This document shows positions 40,075 through 49,000 of a stretch of DNA of 57,685 bases, piece by piece (positions within the stretch are counted from its first letter, which is position 1; each line of letters starts with the position of its first letter). The stretch is taken from the NCBI GenBank assembly GCA_045046875.1, contig JASFYY010000113.1, positions 1 through 57,685 of the forward strand. The letters run 5' to 3'. The notes beneath the pieces are model-generated. The model worked only from the letters and a program-made list of their open reading frames with translations. It was not told the origin of the DNA and did no database searches. This DNA is from Verrucomicrobiota bacterium. GTDB taxonomy: Bacteria; Verrucomicrobiota; Verrucomicrobiia; Verrucomicrobiales; DEV007. A program made the translations under genes and the position numbers.

Positions 40075-41055
40075 TCACAGCTTGTCTTCTGCTAATTTCA
40101 AGGGCCAGGTGACGCACAGCAAAGAGCTCACTTGCTCTGTATCTTCCACCACGGACCGCATCACCATCCCCTCGGATTCATTTGCCGGAAGCATAAAATA
40201 ATCCCCCGCAGTGAAGGACTGATCCCCACAAGCGATTTTTCCAGACACCAGCGCCATAACAAAAAAACCGACCGGCATCCTGATTGCTTGCCCCTTCTCT
40301 AGACAAATTTTCTGAATCTGAAAACCCGGCCCATCCACCCGCTCACCCGGAGCAAGTCGGCTTTTGCCGCAGCCTTCGTCATCGAAATCGATGCACTTCA
40401 GCGCCTTGTCGATATGCAGTTCACGCTTCGGCCTGTCTGCCTCGGACCGTTTCCAATCATAAACCCGGTAGGTGGTATCGCTGTTTTCCTGAATCTCAAA
40501 AATCATCTGCCCACCACCCAAAGCATGCACCCGTCCCGAAGGCACCCACAGACAATCCCCTTCGCTCACCGGTAACTGCCTCACACAATCGGGAGTCGTT
40601 CCCCGCTCCACTCCACCAATAAAATTCTCCCGCGTGACATCCGGCTTGAGTCCGGCAAACCACAGCGCTCCCGGATCCGCTTGCGCCGCGTACCAGAACT
40701 CCGATTTTGGCTCACCTCCCAATTCTTGCGCCAAAGCCGCCGGAGGATGCACCTGAATAGAAAGATTGGTGCGGGCATCCAAAATTTTGCATAACAAAGG
40801 AAATCGTTTGCTCTCGGGCGCTGCTTCCCCAAAAATCTCCACCCGGTGCTGCTTCCACAGATCCCCCAGACTCAAGCCGTCATACAGCCCCCCCCGCACC
40901 ACACTCTGCGCTTCCGGCCGATCCACCACATCCCACGATTCGCCAATCGCCATTGAATCATCGCCAGGCAAATCCCGCCCATACAAAGTCGCCAGAGTCC
41001 GCCATCCCCACACTCGAGTCTGATATACAGGCTGTAAGACAATCGGGTTTCTCAT
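40075..41055 (-). CDS. manA: Type I phosphomannose isomerase
   Basis: IGESW, FPLL.KILDA, LSIQVHP, K.EFW, GRVHA, EIQENSDTTYRVYDW. Confidence 0.9.
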   Translation of the reverse strand: MRNPIVLQPVYQTRVWGWRTLATLYGRDLPGDDSMAIGESWDVVDRPEAQSVVRGGLYDGLSLGDLWKQHRVEIFGEAAPESKRFPLLCKILDARTNLSIQVHPPAALAQELGGEPKSEFWYAAQADPGALWFAGLKPDVTRENFIGGVERGTTPDCVRQLPVSEGDCLWVPSGRVHALGGGQMIFEIQENSDTTYRVYDWKRSEADRPKRELHIDKALKCIDFDDEGCGKSRLAPGERVDGPGFQIQKICLEKGQAIRMPVGFFVMALVSGKIACGDQSFTAGDYFMLPANESEGMVMRSVVEDTEQVSSLLCVTWPLKLAEDKL

Positions 41056-41383
41056 TCAAAAAATTTAATTTATTCGCTGAACAGCCAGAAATTGAGGTGC
41101 GTTCAGCTCAAATCTATCGCAAGATATTTTCTTGTAATCTAATTATATTTACAAACAAACTCTTTTGTCTAGCCCCGCGAATATTATTTGCTTGGCATTA
41201 GGCTTTGAGCTTGAAAATTTCATTAAGTTTATAAATAAGAATAATTGAGAGAAATGTATCATTTTTGAGAAAATTTGGAACAGATTGAATGATCCGTTCC
41301 TTCGAGGTCTAAAAATTCACGAAATACCATTCCGATCAGAACATGTTAAATACTAAATCCTCTACGCTAAATGAAGTCCTTGC

Positions 41384-41644
41384 CTATCCCATTCCGAAGC
41401 GTCTCAAATAGGAATAATCCGCTTTGAACAGACAGTACACAGCATACACTGGCGGGCCGGCAATGGGAATAAATGTCACCAGCAAAAATCATGTGAATTT
41501 GCCAAGCCAATGCATTTCCTGAGAGCGAATGGAAAACCAGGTGATGATGACCAAGAGTCCATAAATCAAAAAGGCGAAGGTATAAACCCCCGGTATCGCA
41601 TTCAATGCATCAAACTTCAAAAACCTTGTGACTACAGCACGCAT
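41384..41644 (-). pseudogene. Small two-helix membrane protein (PLDc_N-like) with an in-frame TGA at codon 52
   Basis: Manual translation: MRAVVTRFLKFDALNAIPGVYTFAFLIYGLLVIITWFSIRSQEMHWLGKFT*FLLVTFIPIAGPPVYAVYCLFKADYSYLRRFGMG. Confidence 0.7.
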
Positions 41645-41741
41645 AACACTTTATTTCAAAATCCCTCCTAGACTATCAAACTGCAAAAACATACGACCAA
41701 AGAAGGGTCAAGAATCTTGTAAATAGCCCCTCCTCAGCTCC

Positions 41742-42185
41742 TCAACGATGATATGGCTCCCCCCGCATCACCGTATGCACCCGGTAGAGCTGCTCCAAAA
41801 ATACCAACAAAGCCAGCTCGTGCTGCAAGGTCAATTTACTCAAATTCAACACCATATCTGCCTGCGCCCTGGTCTCATCAGAGTGCCCGTCCGCTCCCCC
41901 GATCAACACCGCAACCTGCTTCACCACCCCGTCCATCGTCCGCTCCTGCACCCAATCCACCAATTGCCCAGTCGTCAGCGATTTCCCGCGCTCATCAAGC
42001 ACCAAGCGCAAACAGCCCTCACTCGCTGCCAACAAACGCCTGGCATTGCCCTCCACCGAGCCCGCATCCTTCAAATGCAGCAACTCCACTGGCGCATAAT
42101 GTTTCAAGCGCGACACATAGTCCGCAATGCCCGCCCGGGCATAAACCAAAGCCGGCTTGCCTATCACCACCACTTTCCATTTCAT
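41742..42185 (-). CDS. rlmH: 23S rRNA (pseudouridine1915-N3)-methyltransferase
   Basis: LDERGK, IGGADG, LSKLTLQH, EQLYR, GEPYHR. Confidence 0.96.
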   Translation of the reverse strand: MKWKVVVIGKPALVYARAGIADYVSRLKHYAPVELLHLKDAGSVEGNARRLLAASEGCLRLVLDERGKSLTTGQLVDWVQERTMDGVVKQVAVLIGGADGHSDETRAQADMVLNLSKLTLQHELALLVFLEQLYRVHTVMRGEPYHR

Positions 42186-42186
42186 C

Positions 42187-42243
42187 CAATTAAGTCAAAT
42201 TAGGGTCAAATTAGGGGGGTCAAATTAGGGGTCAGGCAACAAT
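42187..42243. repeat. Stuttered CAAATTAG(n)T repeat ending in GGGGTCAGGCAACAAT
   Basis: G-runs of 3, 6 and 4; the final 23 bp are identical to 47305-47327. Confidence 0.8.
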
Positions 42244-42310
42244 TCTCATCATTCTCAATAAGCACTGCCCTGACACTTCATCAGGGCAAAACTGCTCACC
42301 AGCATGGGCT

Positions 42311-43897
42311 CTACCGGATTTTCTCCAGCAAAAACATCGGCAGATCCTTGATCGCGATGCGTTCCTGCTTCATCGAATCACGCTCGCGTATGGTCACGGT
42401 GTCTTTTAAATCAGGGTTTTCTTCACCCAGCGTATCAAAGTCGATGGTCACTCCGTAAGGCGTGCCGATCTCATCCTGACGCCGATAACGGCGGCCAATC
42501 GCACCGCCTTCGTCATAAAACACATTCATCAGAGGCGTCAGCATCTTCTGCACTTCCCGTGCTTTGGCCACCAGCTCGGGTTTGTTTTTCAGCAGTGGAA
42601 AAATACCACATTTCACCGGCGCCATGCGCGGTTGAAAACGCAGCACCGTGCGAATTTCCTCTTTGCCCTTGTCATTGGTGATGGTTTCCTCTTCGTAGGC
42701 TTCACAGATCAACGCAAGGATGGTGCGGTCACAGCCTGCACTCGGCTCCACCACATGCGGCAGGAACTTCTCCTTGGTCTCCTCATCGTAATATTCCAAG
42801 GGCTTGCGGCTGTGTTCTGCATGTTTGCCCAAGTCATAATCGCTACGGTAAGCGACCCCTTCGAGTTCCTGCTGTCCAAAAGGAAAGTCATACTCAATGT
42901 CGTAAGTCTTGGACGAATAGTGAGCCCGCTCCCCATCCGGTATATCAAGCACGTGCAACTTGTCCCGATCGAGTCCCACTTCTTCGTAGAAGGAAAGGCG
43001 TTGTTTCAGCCAGTAATCGGTGAGTTCGAGCCCATCTTTAGGATGGCAAAAATACTCAATTTCCATCTGTTCGAACTCGCGCGAGCGAAAAGTGTAATTA
43101 CGTGGATTGATCTCATTGCGGAAGGCCTTGCCGATCTGGGCAATACCAAATGGCAATTTCACCCGATTGGAGTCCATTACATTTTTATACTGGACAAAAA
43201 TAGACTGTGCCGTTTCGGGCCTAAGATACGCCACCGCATTCGCATCATCCTCGTCCGCGCTCGCTCCGATGCGTGTCTCGAACATCAGATTGAAATCCTT
43301 GGGCTCGGTCAGCAAAGAACCGTTCTCCGGGTTGAAGCGAATCGAGTCAATCACCTGCTCGGATCGTTCACCGGCCAACTCGAGCGTCTTCGGAGAAATC
43401 TGTCCGTTTTTAAGGAACTGCGCATAGAACTGCCGCGCCGTCTTACGCGCCTTGTTCTCATTCTCTCCTTCACTGAGCAATACGGCAAACTCGCGCTCCA
43501 CGGACCATCCACTCTCCTCATGGCTGGCACCGGAATACCAGTAAGCAGTTCCAGACTGGGCGGGAATCTGATCCGATCGCAACCGCGCCTTGCTCAGCAG
43601 GCAATCACTCATCGGGTCGGAAAACCCACCGACGTGGCCAGAAGCTTTTAATACATCCTGATGGGTCAAAATCGATCCGTCCAGACCGACGATATCATCA
43701 CGTTCCTGCACATTGCGGCGCCACCAGTAATCTTTTAAATTACGCTTCAGCTCAACTCCCAAAGGGCCGTAATCCCAGCAACCGTTCAAACCACCGTAAA
43801 TCTCCGCCGACTGAAAAATGAACCCACGTCGCTTACAAAGACTGACGATTTTTTCCATCGCCACCACGCCGTCACTCTGTTTATCCTTGTTGCTCAT
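42311..43897 (-). CDS. glyQS: Glycine--tRNA ligase (alpha2 type)
   Basis: SLCKRRGF, DYGPLG, YLRPETAQ, FRNEI, FRSREFEQME, IGRRYRRQDEIG. Confidence 0.97.
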   Translation of the reverse strand: MSNKDKQSDGVVAMEKIVSLCKRRGFIFQSAEIYGGLNGCWDYGPLGVELKRNLKDYWWRRNVQERDDIVGLDGSILTHQDVLKASGHVGGFSDPMSDCLLSKARLRSDQIPAQSGTAYWYSGASHEESGWSVEREFAVLLSEGENENKARKTARQFYAQFLKNGQISPKTLELAGERSEQVIDSIRFNPENGSLLTEPKDFNLMFETRIGASADEDDANAVAYLRPETAQSIFVQYKNVMDSNRVKLPFGIAQIGKAFRNEINPRNYTFRSREFEQMEIEYFCHPKDGLELTDYWLKQRLSFYEEVGLDRDKLHVLDIPDGERAHYSSKTYDIEYDFPFGQQELEGVAYRSDYDLGKHAEHSRKPLEYYDEETKEKFLPHVVEPSAGCDRTILALICEAYEEETITNDKGKEEIRTVLRFQPRMAPVKCGIFPLLKNKPELVAKAREVQKMLTPLMNVFYDEGGAIGRRYRRQDEIGTPYGVTIDFDTLGEENPDLKDTVTIRERDSMKQERIAIKDLPMFLLEKIR

Positions 43898-44014
43898 AGC
43901 TAAAATATTATTCCTCCCTGCTCCGAATCCATCCATCCGCCCGAATCCAAGGGACGTTTCCCTACAGTCGAATAGCAGAAAATTCAAGCCCTATGCCACC
44001 CGACCCTCAAAATC

Positions 44015-44301
44015 GGGTGCAAGACAAAAAAGTTAGCCATTGATTATTGAAAGCTAGCTTATCACACATCAACATCATTCCGCCCTTTTAGGGCTGGTTA
44101 TAAAACCGATTTAGTCCCAGCGCTGCGCACCGGGCTATCACATTTTGTCCTTACAGGACGGTTTGCTTTCATCTCTTTTGCACCAACGGTGATCAATGAT
44201 ATAGCCCAGTGCGAAGCGCTGGGTAAAAAACCCAATTCTTCCAGCCCTACAAGGGGCGGAATGCATAGCGGTCAGCAGCTTGCCTATTTTGTCTTACGCC
44301 C
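44015..44301. mobile_element. MITE copy C (full length)
   Basis: Left GGGTGCAAGACAAAAAAGTTAG, right TTGCCTATTTTGTCTTACGCCC; flanks CTCAAAATC and CTCTAAATC; colinear with copy B. Confidence 0.85.
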
Positions 44302-44376
44302 CTCTAAATCCTAGCCTTGCAAGAGACCTGCCATGTTTGATATCATTTCCCGCCTGTTCTCCTACCGCTCGCTCTC

Positions 44377-44400
44377 GGCGGGTGGGGACACCCGCCCTAC
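44377..44400. repeat. GTAG-family REP-like hairpin
   Basis: GGCGGGTG-GGGA-CACCCGCC followed by CTAC. Confidence 0.55.
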
Positions 44401-44450
44401 GTCGCTCTCCCTCCCCCTCCCATTTTCCGCCTTATTCGTGGCTTCCTCTT

Positions 44451-45620
44451 CTATAACTTGCCGCAAAACCTCTCGATTCGCTCCAAGCCCTTTTCCAACT
44501 GCTCCATGCTGGTCGCGTAGCTCAAGCGGAAATAGTCATCCGCACCAAAAGCAATGCCTGGCACCGCTGCCACCTGCTCGTCCTCGAGCAATTTGGCGCA
44601 GAACTCCGAGGACTTGAGGCCGGTCTCTGCAATGTTGGGGAAAAGATAAAAGGCCCCCTCGGATTTATAACAGCTCAGCCCCTTGCACTCACTCAAACGA
44701 GCGTGAGCGAACTCACGCCGCTTGGCAAACTCGGTCATCCAAGCAGGTAAATGGGACATCGGTTGGGTCATCGCCGCCACCCCGCCGATTTGAGCAAAAG
44801 AAGTCGGATTACTGGTGCTGTGGCTTTGAAAGGCTGCGATCTTTTTAGCAATCGGCAAGGGTGCCGCCATGAAACCCAGGCGCCAACCCGTCATGCTCCA
44901 GGCTTTGGCAAAACCATGCACAATAATCGTATGCGCTTGATGCTGCTCGGAGCAAGTGGCCACACTTTTATGCACCGCTCCGTCGTAGAGCAAGTGCTCG
45001 TAAATTTCGTCGCTCAAGATCAATACCCCCCGCTGCACACAAACATCCCCCAAGGCCCTGATCTCATCCGGGCTGTAAACCACCCCGGTGGGATTGCTCG
45101 GTGAGTTGAGAATAAAAATCCGCGTATTCTCATTGATCGCTGCACGTAACTGATCCGGAGTGACCTTGAAATGAGTCTCGTCTCCCGTCTCCAAAATCAC
45201 CGGTGTGGCCCCCGCCATGCGCACCATTTCAGGATAACTCAACCAGTATGGGGCCGGCACGATCACTTCGTCCCCTTGCTCACACAGAGCCATCATCACA
45301 TTAAAACAAGAATGTTTTCCTCCGCAGGAAACCACGATCTGTCCGGCTTCATATTTCAAACCATTCTCACGCTCGAACTTATCCGCAATCGCCTGCCGCA
45401 ACTCAGGGATACCTGCCGCCGGAGTGTATTTGGTGAAGCCCTCATCCAGTGCTTTTTTGGCTGCATCCTTAACAAAATCCGGGGTGTCAAAATCCGGCTG
45501 ACCGGTTCCAAAACCCACCACATCGATCCCGGCTGCTTTCATTTCCCTGGCTTTGCCATCGATCGCCAATGTCACTGAGGGAGTCAATGAAGCCGCCCGC
45601 TCCGAAAATTTGTATTCCAT
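44451..45620 (-). CDS. PLP-dependent aminotransferase class I (aspartate aminotransferase type)
   Basis: GQPDF, TKYT, NSPSNPTG, SDEIY, AKAWSMTGWRLG, PGIAFG, RLSYA. Confidence 0.95.
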   Translation of the reverse strand: MEYKFSERAASLTPSVTLAIDGKAREMKAAGIDVVGFGTGQPDFDTPDFVKDAAKKALDEGFTKYTPAAGIPELRQAIADKFERENGLKYEAGQIVVSCGGKHSCFNVMMALCEQGDEVIVPAPYWLSYPEMVRMAGATPVILETGDETHFKVTPDQLRAAINENTRIFILNSPSNPTGVVYSPDEIRALGDVCVQRGVLILSDEIYEHLLYDGAVHKSVATCSEQHQAHTIIVHGFAKAWSMTGWRLGFMAAPLPIAKKIAAFQSHSTSNPTSFAQIGGVAAMTQPMSHLPAWMTEFAKRREFAHARLSECKGLSCYKSEGAFYLFPNIAETGLKSSEFCAKLLEDEQVAAVPGIAFGADDYFRLSYATSMEQLEKGLERIERFCGKL

Positions 45621-45650
45621 AATTTCTAATTAAAAATTCTTAATTTACTG

Positions 45651-46361
45651 CTACCAGGCACCAGCTCTTTTCCAGCCCAAATGAGGCTGGAAGGCCTCCG
45701 CCGCCACAACCCCCGCCTGATTCCCCCGCGCACTCGTCTGATCTCGCATGATGTCCGCCAAAGGAGAAAAATCAGCGTTGTCACCGCGCGCCAGCTGGCT
45801 TTTATGACAGTCCAGCATGGACAATTTTAGATCAAGGTGATCACTGACATCAAGAAAAAATCCCGGTTCAAAACGAGTCATATTGATCGTATCCATCCAC
45901 CACAGAGTTGGTGGAGATGCCATCGCCGCCGAATCGGTCACATGCCCGGCCGAAGCACAAAACCACGACGAGGCCTCGGCCAAAGCGGAAGCCTGCTGAT
46001 GATCGGGGTGGTAATCTTTGCACGAGTGCGCCAATACCAAAGTGGGTTTGAATTTCCTGAAAATCTCGATCAATACCTTGCGTGACTGGTAATCATCAAA
46101 CAATTCGCCATCAGCAAAACCTGCCTCATAAAACACCGCCCCCAACAGCTCTGCAGCAGCTTGCATCTCAGCGCTTCGCACTTCACCCAGGTCATCCCGC
46201 GGCGGATCACTCTGCCCCTTGTCCCCCCGGCACATCACACAAACCGCAATCGCCGCTCCATCCGCCTTGGCTCGCGCCAGAGTCCCGGCACACAATAGTT
46301 CAGCATCATCCGGATGCGCCACCACGGCAATCACTCGATCATTTTCAAAGTTAAACTTCAT
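45651..46361 (-). CDS. PIG-L/LmbE family N-deacetylase
   Basis: AHPDD, GDKG, R..E, DYHPDH, CHKSQ, AEAF. Confidence 0.92.
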   Translation of the reverse strand: MKFNFENDRVIAVVAHPDDAELLCAGTLARAKADGAAIAVCVMCRGDKGQSDPPRDDLGEVRSAEMQAAAELLGAVFYEAGFADGELFDDYQSRKVLIEIFRKFKPTLVLAHSCKDYHPDHQQASALAEASSWFCASAGHVTDSAAMASPPTLWWMDTINMTRFEPGFFLDVSDHLDLKLSMLDCHKSQLARGDNADFSPLADIMRDQTSARGNQAGVVAAEAFQPHLGWKRAGAW

Positions 46362-46373
46362 CTTTATAAAAAT

Positions 46374-47234
46374 TTATCTTAAACCAATGTCCGGCAATGC
46401 CGCAACATATTCTGCCACCGTCAGCTTGGCGTCCGGGTGATCTTGCATCAGAGAAGCCGGACAGGCCGCACTCACTGAATCGTGCAGAACCCGTCTAACC
46501 ACGGCACTCTGCCACAGTCGATTGCAATAAAAACGCAACTTCTTCGCTCCCAGAATCTCCTTCATACCCACCGTGATCGCGCGTCGGGGAATCACCGACA
46601 AACCACCTCCAACCGTCACTGAATTGATCGTGATCGTTTCACGACTCAAGTTCAAATTACGTGTCGGGCGCGCGGCAAATTCCTCCACCGAACAGACTTC
46701 GCCGGGTTCCGGAGGTTCATTAAAAGCCATGTGACCATTGATACCGATGCCCCCAAAACAAGCATCCAGTCCCCCACGCAATTCAATCAAATCCTGAATT
46801 CCCGCTAAATCCGCCGGATCTGGAAATACCCGGTTTTTTGCCAGAGGAGCCAAGTCAGGGTCGATCAGATCATAAAACTTCCGGTTCATGTAACCACGAA
46901 AGCTCAGTGGATGATCCGCTGGGATCCACTGCTCATCCTCGCTGAGGTATTCGTCCATATTGATCAAAACCACCTGCCGCCAATCCCGTTTTTCACGATT
47001 GATGATCTCAGCCAAAACCGAAAATTGATCTACCGGACCTACCGGAATAATCATCGTCGCCGAACGCCCCTGCGCCAAAGCCTCGTCCACCACCGCCATC
47101 ATCTCCGCCGCCATGTTCGCCGCAATCTCATCCATCCCCTTCACCACCGCCACCGACACCGAAGTCCCCTTCCCCAAATCAGCCTCAGGCACCTTCAAAT
47201 ACTCCGGATATAGTGAGCTCTCCATCTCAATCAT
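46374..47234 (-). CDS. Glucosamine-6-phosphate deaminase/isomerase (NagB)-like protein with an atypical phosphate loop
   Basis: NMDEY, HPLSF, GGIGINGHMAFNEP, AITVGMKEIL, PASL; IPVGPVDQ stands where NagB has LPTGGTP. Confidence 0.88.
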   Translation of the reverse strand: MIEMESSLYPEYLKVPEADLGKGTSVSVAVVKGMDEIAANMAAEMMAVVDEALAQGRSATMIIPVGPVDQFSVLAEIINREKRDWRQVVLINMDEYLSEDEQWIPADHPLSFRGYMNRKFYDLIDPDLAPLAKNRVFPDPADLAGIQDLIELRGGLDACFGGIGINGHMAFNEPPEPGEVCSVEEFAARPTRNLNLSRETITINSVTVGGGLSVIPRRAITVGMKEILGAKKLRFYCNRLWQSAVVRRVLHDSVSAACPASLMQDHPDAKLTVAEYVAALPDIGLR

Positions 47235-47304
47235 GAGTGGATTTTTCACACGCCACCCAACAATTGTCAACCCTTTTATTCCATTATTAGAATAAACCTG
47301 CACC

Positions 47305-47535
47305 CAAATTAGGGGTCAGGCAACAATAATCAAAAACGTGTTGTGAACGAATAGCTCTACTTCAAGCGGCAGGACACTTTGCAGATATCTTATAATTTTT
47401 ACCGCGGATTTCACGGATGTACGCGGATAATATTAATGAAGTCAGGAAATGAAGGAAATGGGGGGAAATGGGGTCAGGGGAAATGGGGTCAGGCAACAAC
47501 AGGGGAAATGGGGTCAGGCAACAATAATCAAAAAC
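47305..47535. repeat. GGGGTCAGGCAACA repeat copies including a G-quadruplex-type tract
   Basis: GGGGTCAGGCAACAATAATCAAAAAC at 47312-47337 and 47510-47535; G6-N4-G4-N3-G4-N4-G4 at 47460-47488. Confidence 0.8.
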
Positions 47536-47667
47536 TGTATTCTCTCTTGAAATAGATAAAACCGATAATGTTAGAATTTTCCTAATCCTTGTCAGCGTAA
47601 ATCGCCCTAGGACTTCGACTCAACGTCAGGTTTCCGCAGGGCCCTATTAGATAAATCTAAAAAAAAT

Positions 47668-47711
47668 TTGACCCATCACATTAAAAGTGATTATTATGTT
47701 ATCATAAATAA
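47668..47711 (+). promoter_or_regulatory. Putative sigma70 promoter with overlapping palindromes (candidate ROK operator)
   Basis: TTGACC at 47668-47673, TATTAT at 47692-47697; ATCAC-N7-GTGAT and TTATG-N4-CATAA inverted repeats. Confidence 0.5.
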
Positions 47712-47752
47712 ACGTCGCGCTTATCGATGTTTATTTTGAAAGCAGATTAAAT

Positions 47753-48988
47753 ATGCATCCACGTCCGAGAGAAACCAAGTTAATTGCGAAAAAAAATCGC
47801 ATCTTGAACGAAATTTTTCGCTCGGGCCGTTGCTCGCGTTTTGATCTCGCCAGACGTCTCAATATCAATGCGACCATGGTAGGCAACTACGTCGACGGCT
47901 TTCTCGCCGAAGGGATCCTAGTCGAAGATAAACCGGTCGCCTCGGGCCCTGGACGTGTGCCCGTTCCGCTCAGACTCAATCCGCACCACGGTTGCCTGTT
48001 GGGCGTCGAGTTCGAAGCTTTGCGAGCGCGTGCGGTGTTATGTGATTTTTCCGGCAAAGTGATCGAAGAAAGACAAATCCCCTTCCACGCCGGCATCCAA
48101 CGTGAAGAGGTCATCACGCAGATCATTTCGCTCTGCAAAGAGCTCATCGCCGCCGCTCAACACCCCCTGATATCCCTCGGAGTGGCCGCCCCCGGTCAAG
48201 TGGATTGCGAAAAGGGGCGCATCCTGCACTACGAACTTTTACCCGACTTCAGTGAAGTTCCCCTGCTGGAACGTTTCCAGGCAGAGATCGACATCCCCAC
48301 CTTCGTCGAAGACAACATCCGCACGGTTGCTTTTGGTGAATTGCTAAGAGGCAATGGCCGGGGCAGTCAGAACTTCCTCTGTCTGGCCGCTCGTTCGGGA
48401 GTCGGACTGGGCATCGTCATCGATGGAAAAATCCACAGTGGCAGCTACGCCATGGCCGGCGAAGCAGGGCACATGGTCTTCCCCACTGCGGACGGGGTGA
48501 AAAACATGACCGAACTGGTTTCCGCCACGGGCTTTGTCAACCACATCCGGTCTTTGCTGAAAACGAAACAAAGCGATCCCACCCACAAAGAGCTGTTCAA
48601 CAAGGGCAAGCATTTGTCCCTACGGGACATCGTCGAAGCTGCAGAAAATGGTGATGATTTTTTTCAACAACAGCTCAGCCAACTCGGCTCCAACCTCGGC
48701 TTACTCACCGCCAACCTCGCCAACCTCTTCGCTCCCGAAAAAATCGTCTTGGCTGGTGAAGTCCCCAACTGCTCCGCTCTAGTGCGTCAATCGATGGAAC
48801 TAACTTTCAGCAAATACACGCTGCCCCAAATCCTAAAAACGGTTCAGCTGGAAGACGGCGCCTTGGGGGAAATGGCTGGTGCCATGGGCGCGGCCTGGAT
48901 GGGATTTGGCCGCCACCTGCCGGAAGACGAAATAACTGTCAGTCGCAAAATAGATAATACCAAGATTTATTCCCAACCAAACCCTTAG
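47753..48988 (+). CDS. ROK family transcriptional regulator
   Basis: SRFDLARRL HTH, GPGR, APGQVD, EDNIR, GVGLG, AGEAGH. Confidence 0.92.
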   Translation: MHPRPRETKLIAKKNRILNEIFRSGRCSRFDLARRLNINATMVGNYVDGFLAEGILVEDKPVASGPGRVPVPLRLNPHHGCLLGVEFEALRARAVLCDFSGKVIEERQIPFHAGIQREEVITQIISLCKELIAAAQHPLISLGVAAPGQVDCEKGRILHYELLPDFSEVPLLERFQAEIDIPTFVEDNIRTVAFGELLRGNGRGSQNFLCLAARSGVGLGIVIDGKIHSGSYAMAGEAGHMVFPTADGVKNMTELVSATGFVNHIRSLLKTKQSDPTHKELFNKGKHLSLRDIVEAAENGDDFFQQQLSQLGSNLGLLTANLANLFAPEKIVLAGEVPNCSALVRQSMELTFSKYTLPQILKTVQLEDGALGEMAGAMGAAWMGFGRHLPEDEITVSRKIDNTKIYSQPNP

Positions 48989-49000
48989 ACCTTTATAACC

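Noticed and set aside
41056..41340. Sigma54 promoter or ncRNA in the AT-rich gap
   Set aside because: TTGGCATTAGGCTTTGA does not fit GG-N10-GC spacing, and I recognised no RNA family
41384..41644. Alternative genetic code (TGA=Trp) or selenocysteine
   Set aside because: Many genes here end in TGA at the expected C-terminus (metG, rlmH, the aldehyde dehydrogenase), and the position corresponds to Trp rather than Cys
43300..43570. Intein or intron in glyQS
   Set aside because: The extra segment lies at the usual variable insertion domain of alpha2 GlyRS and lacks intein terminal motifs
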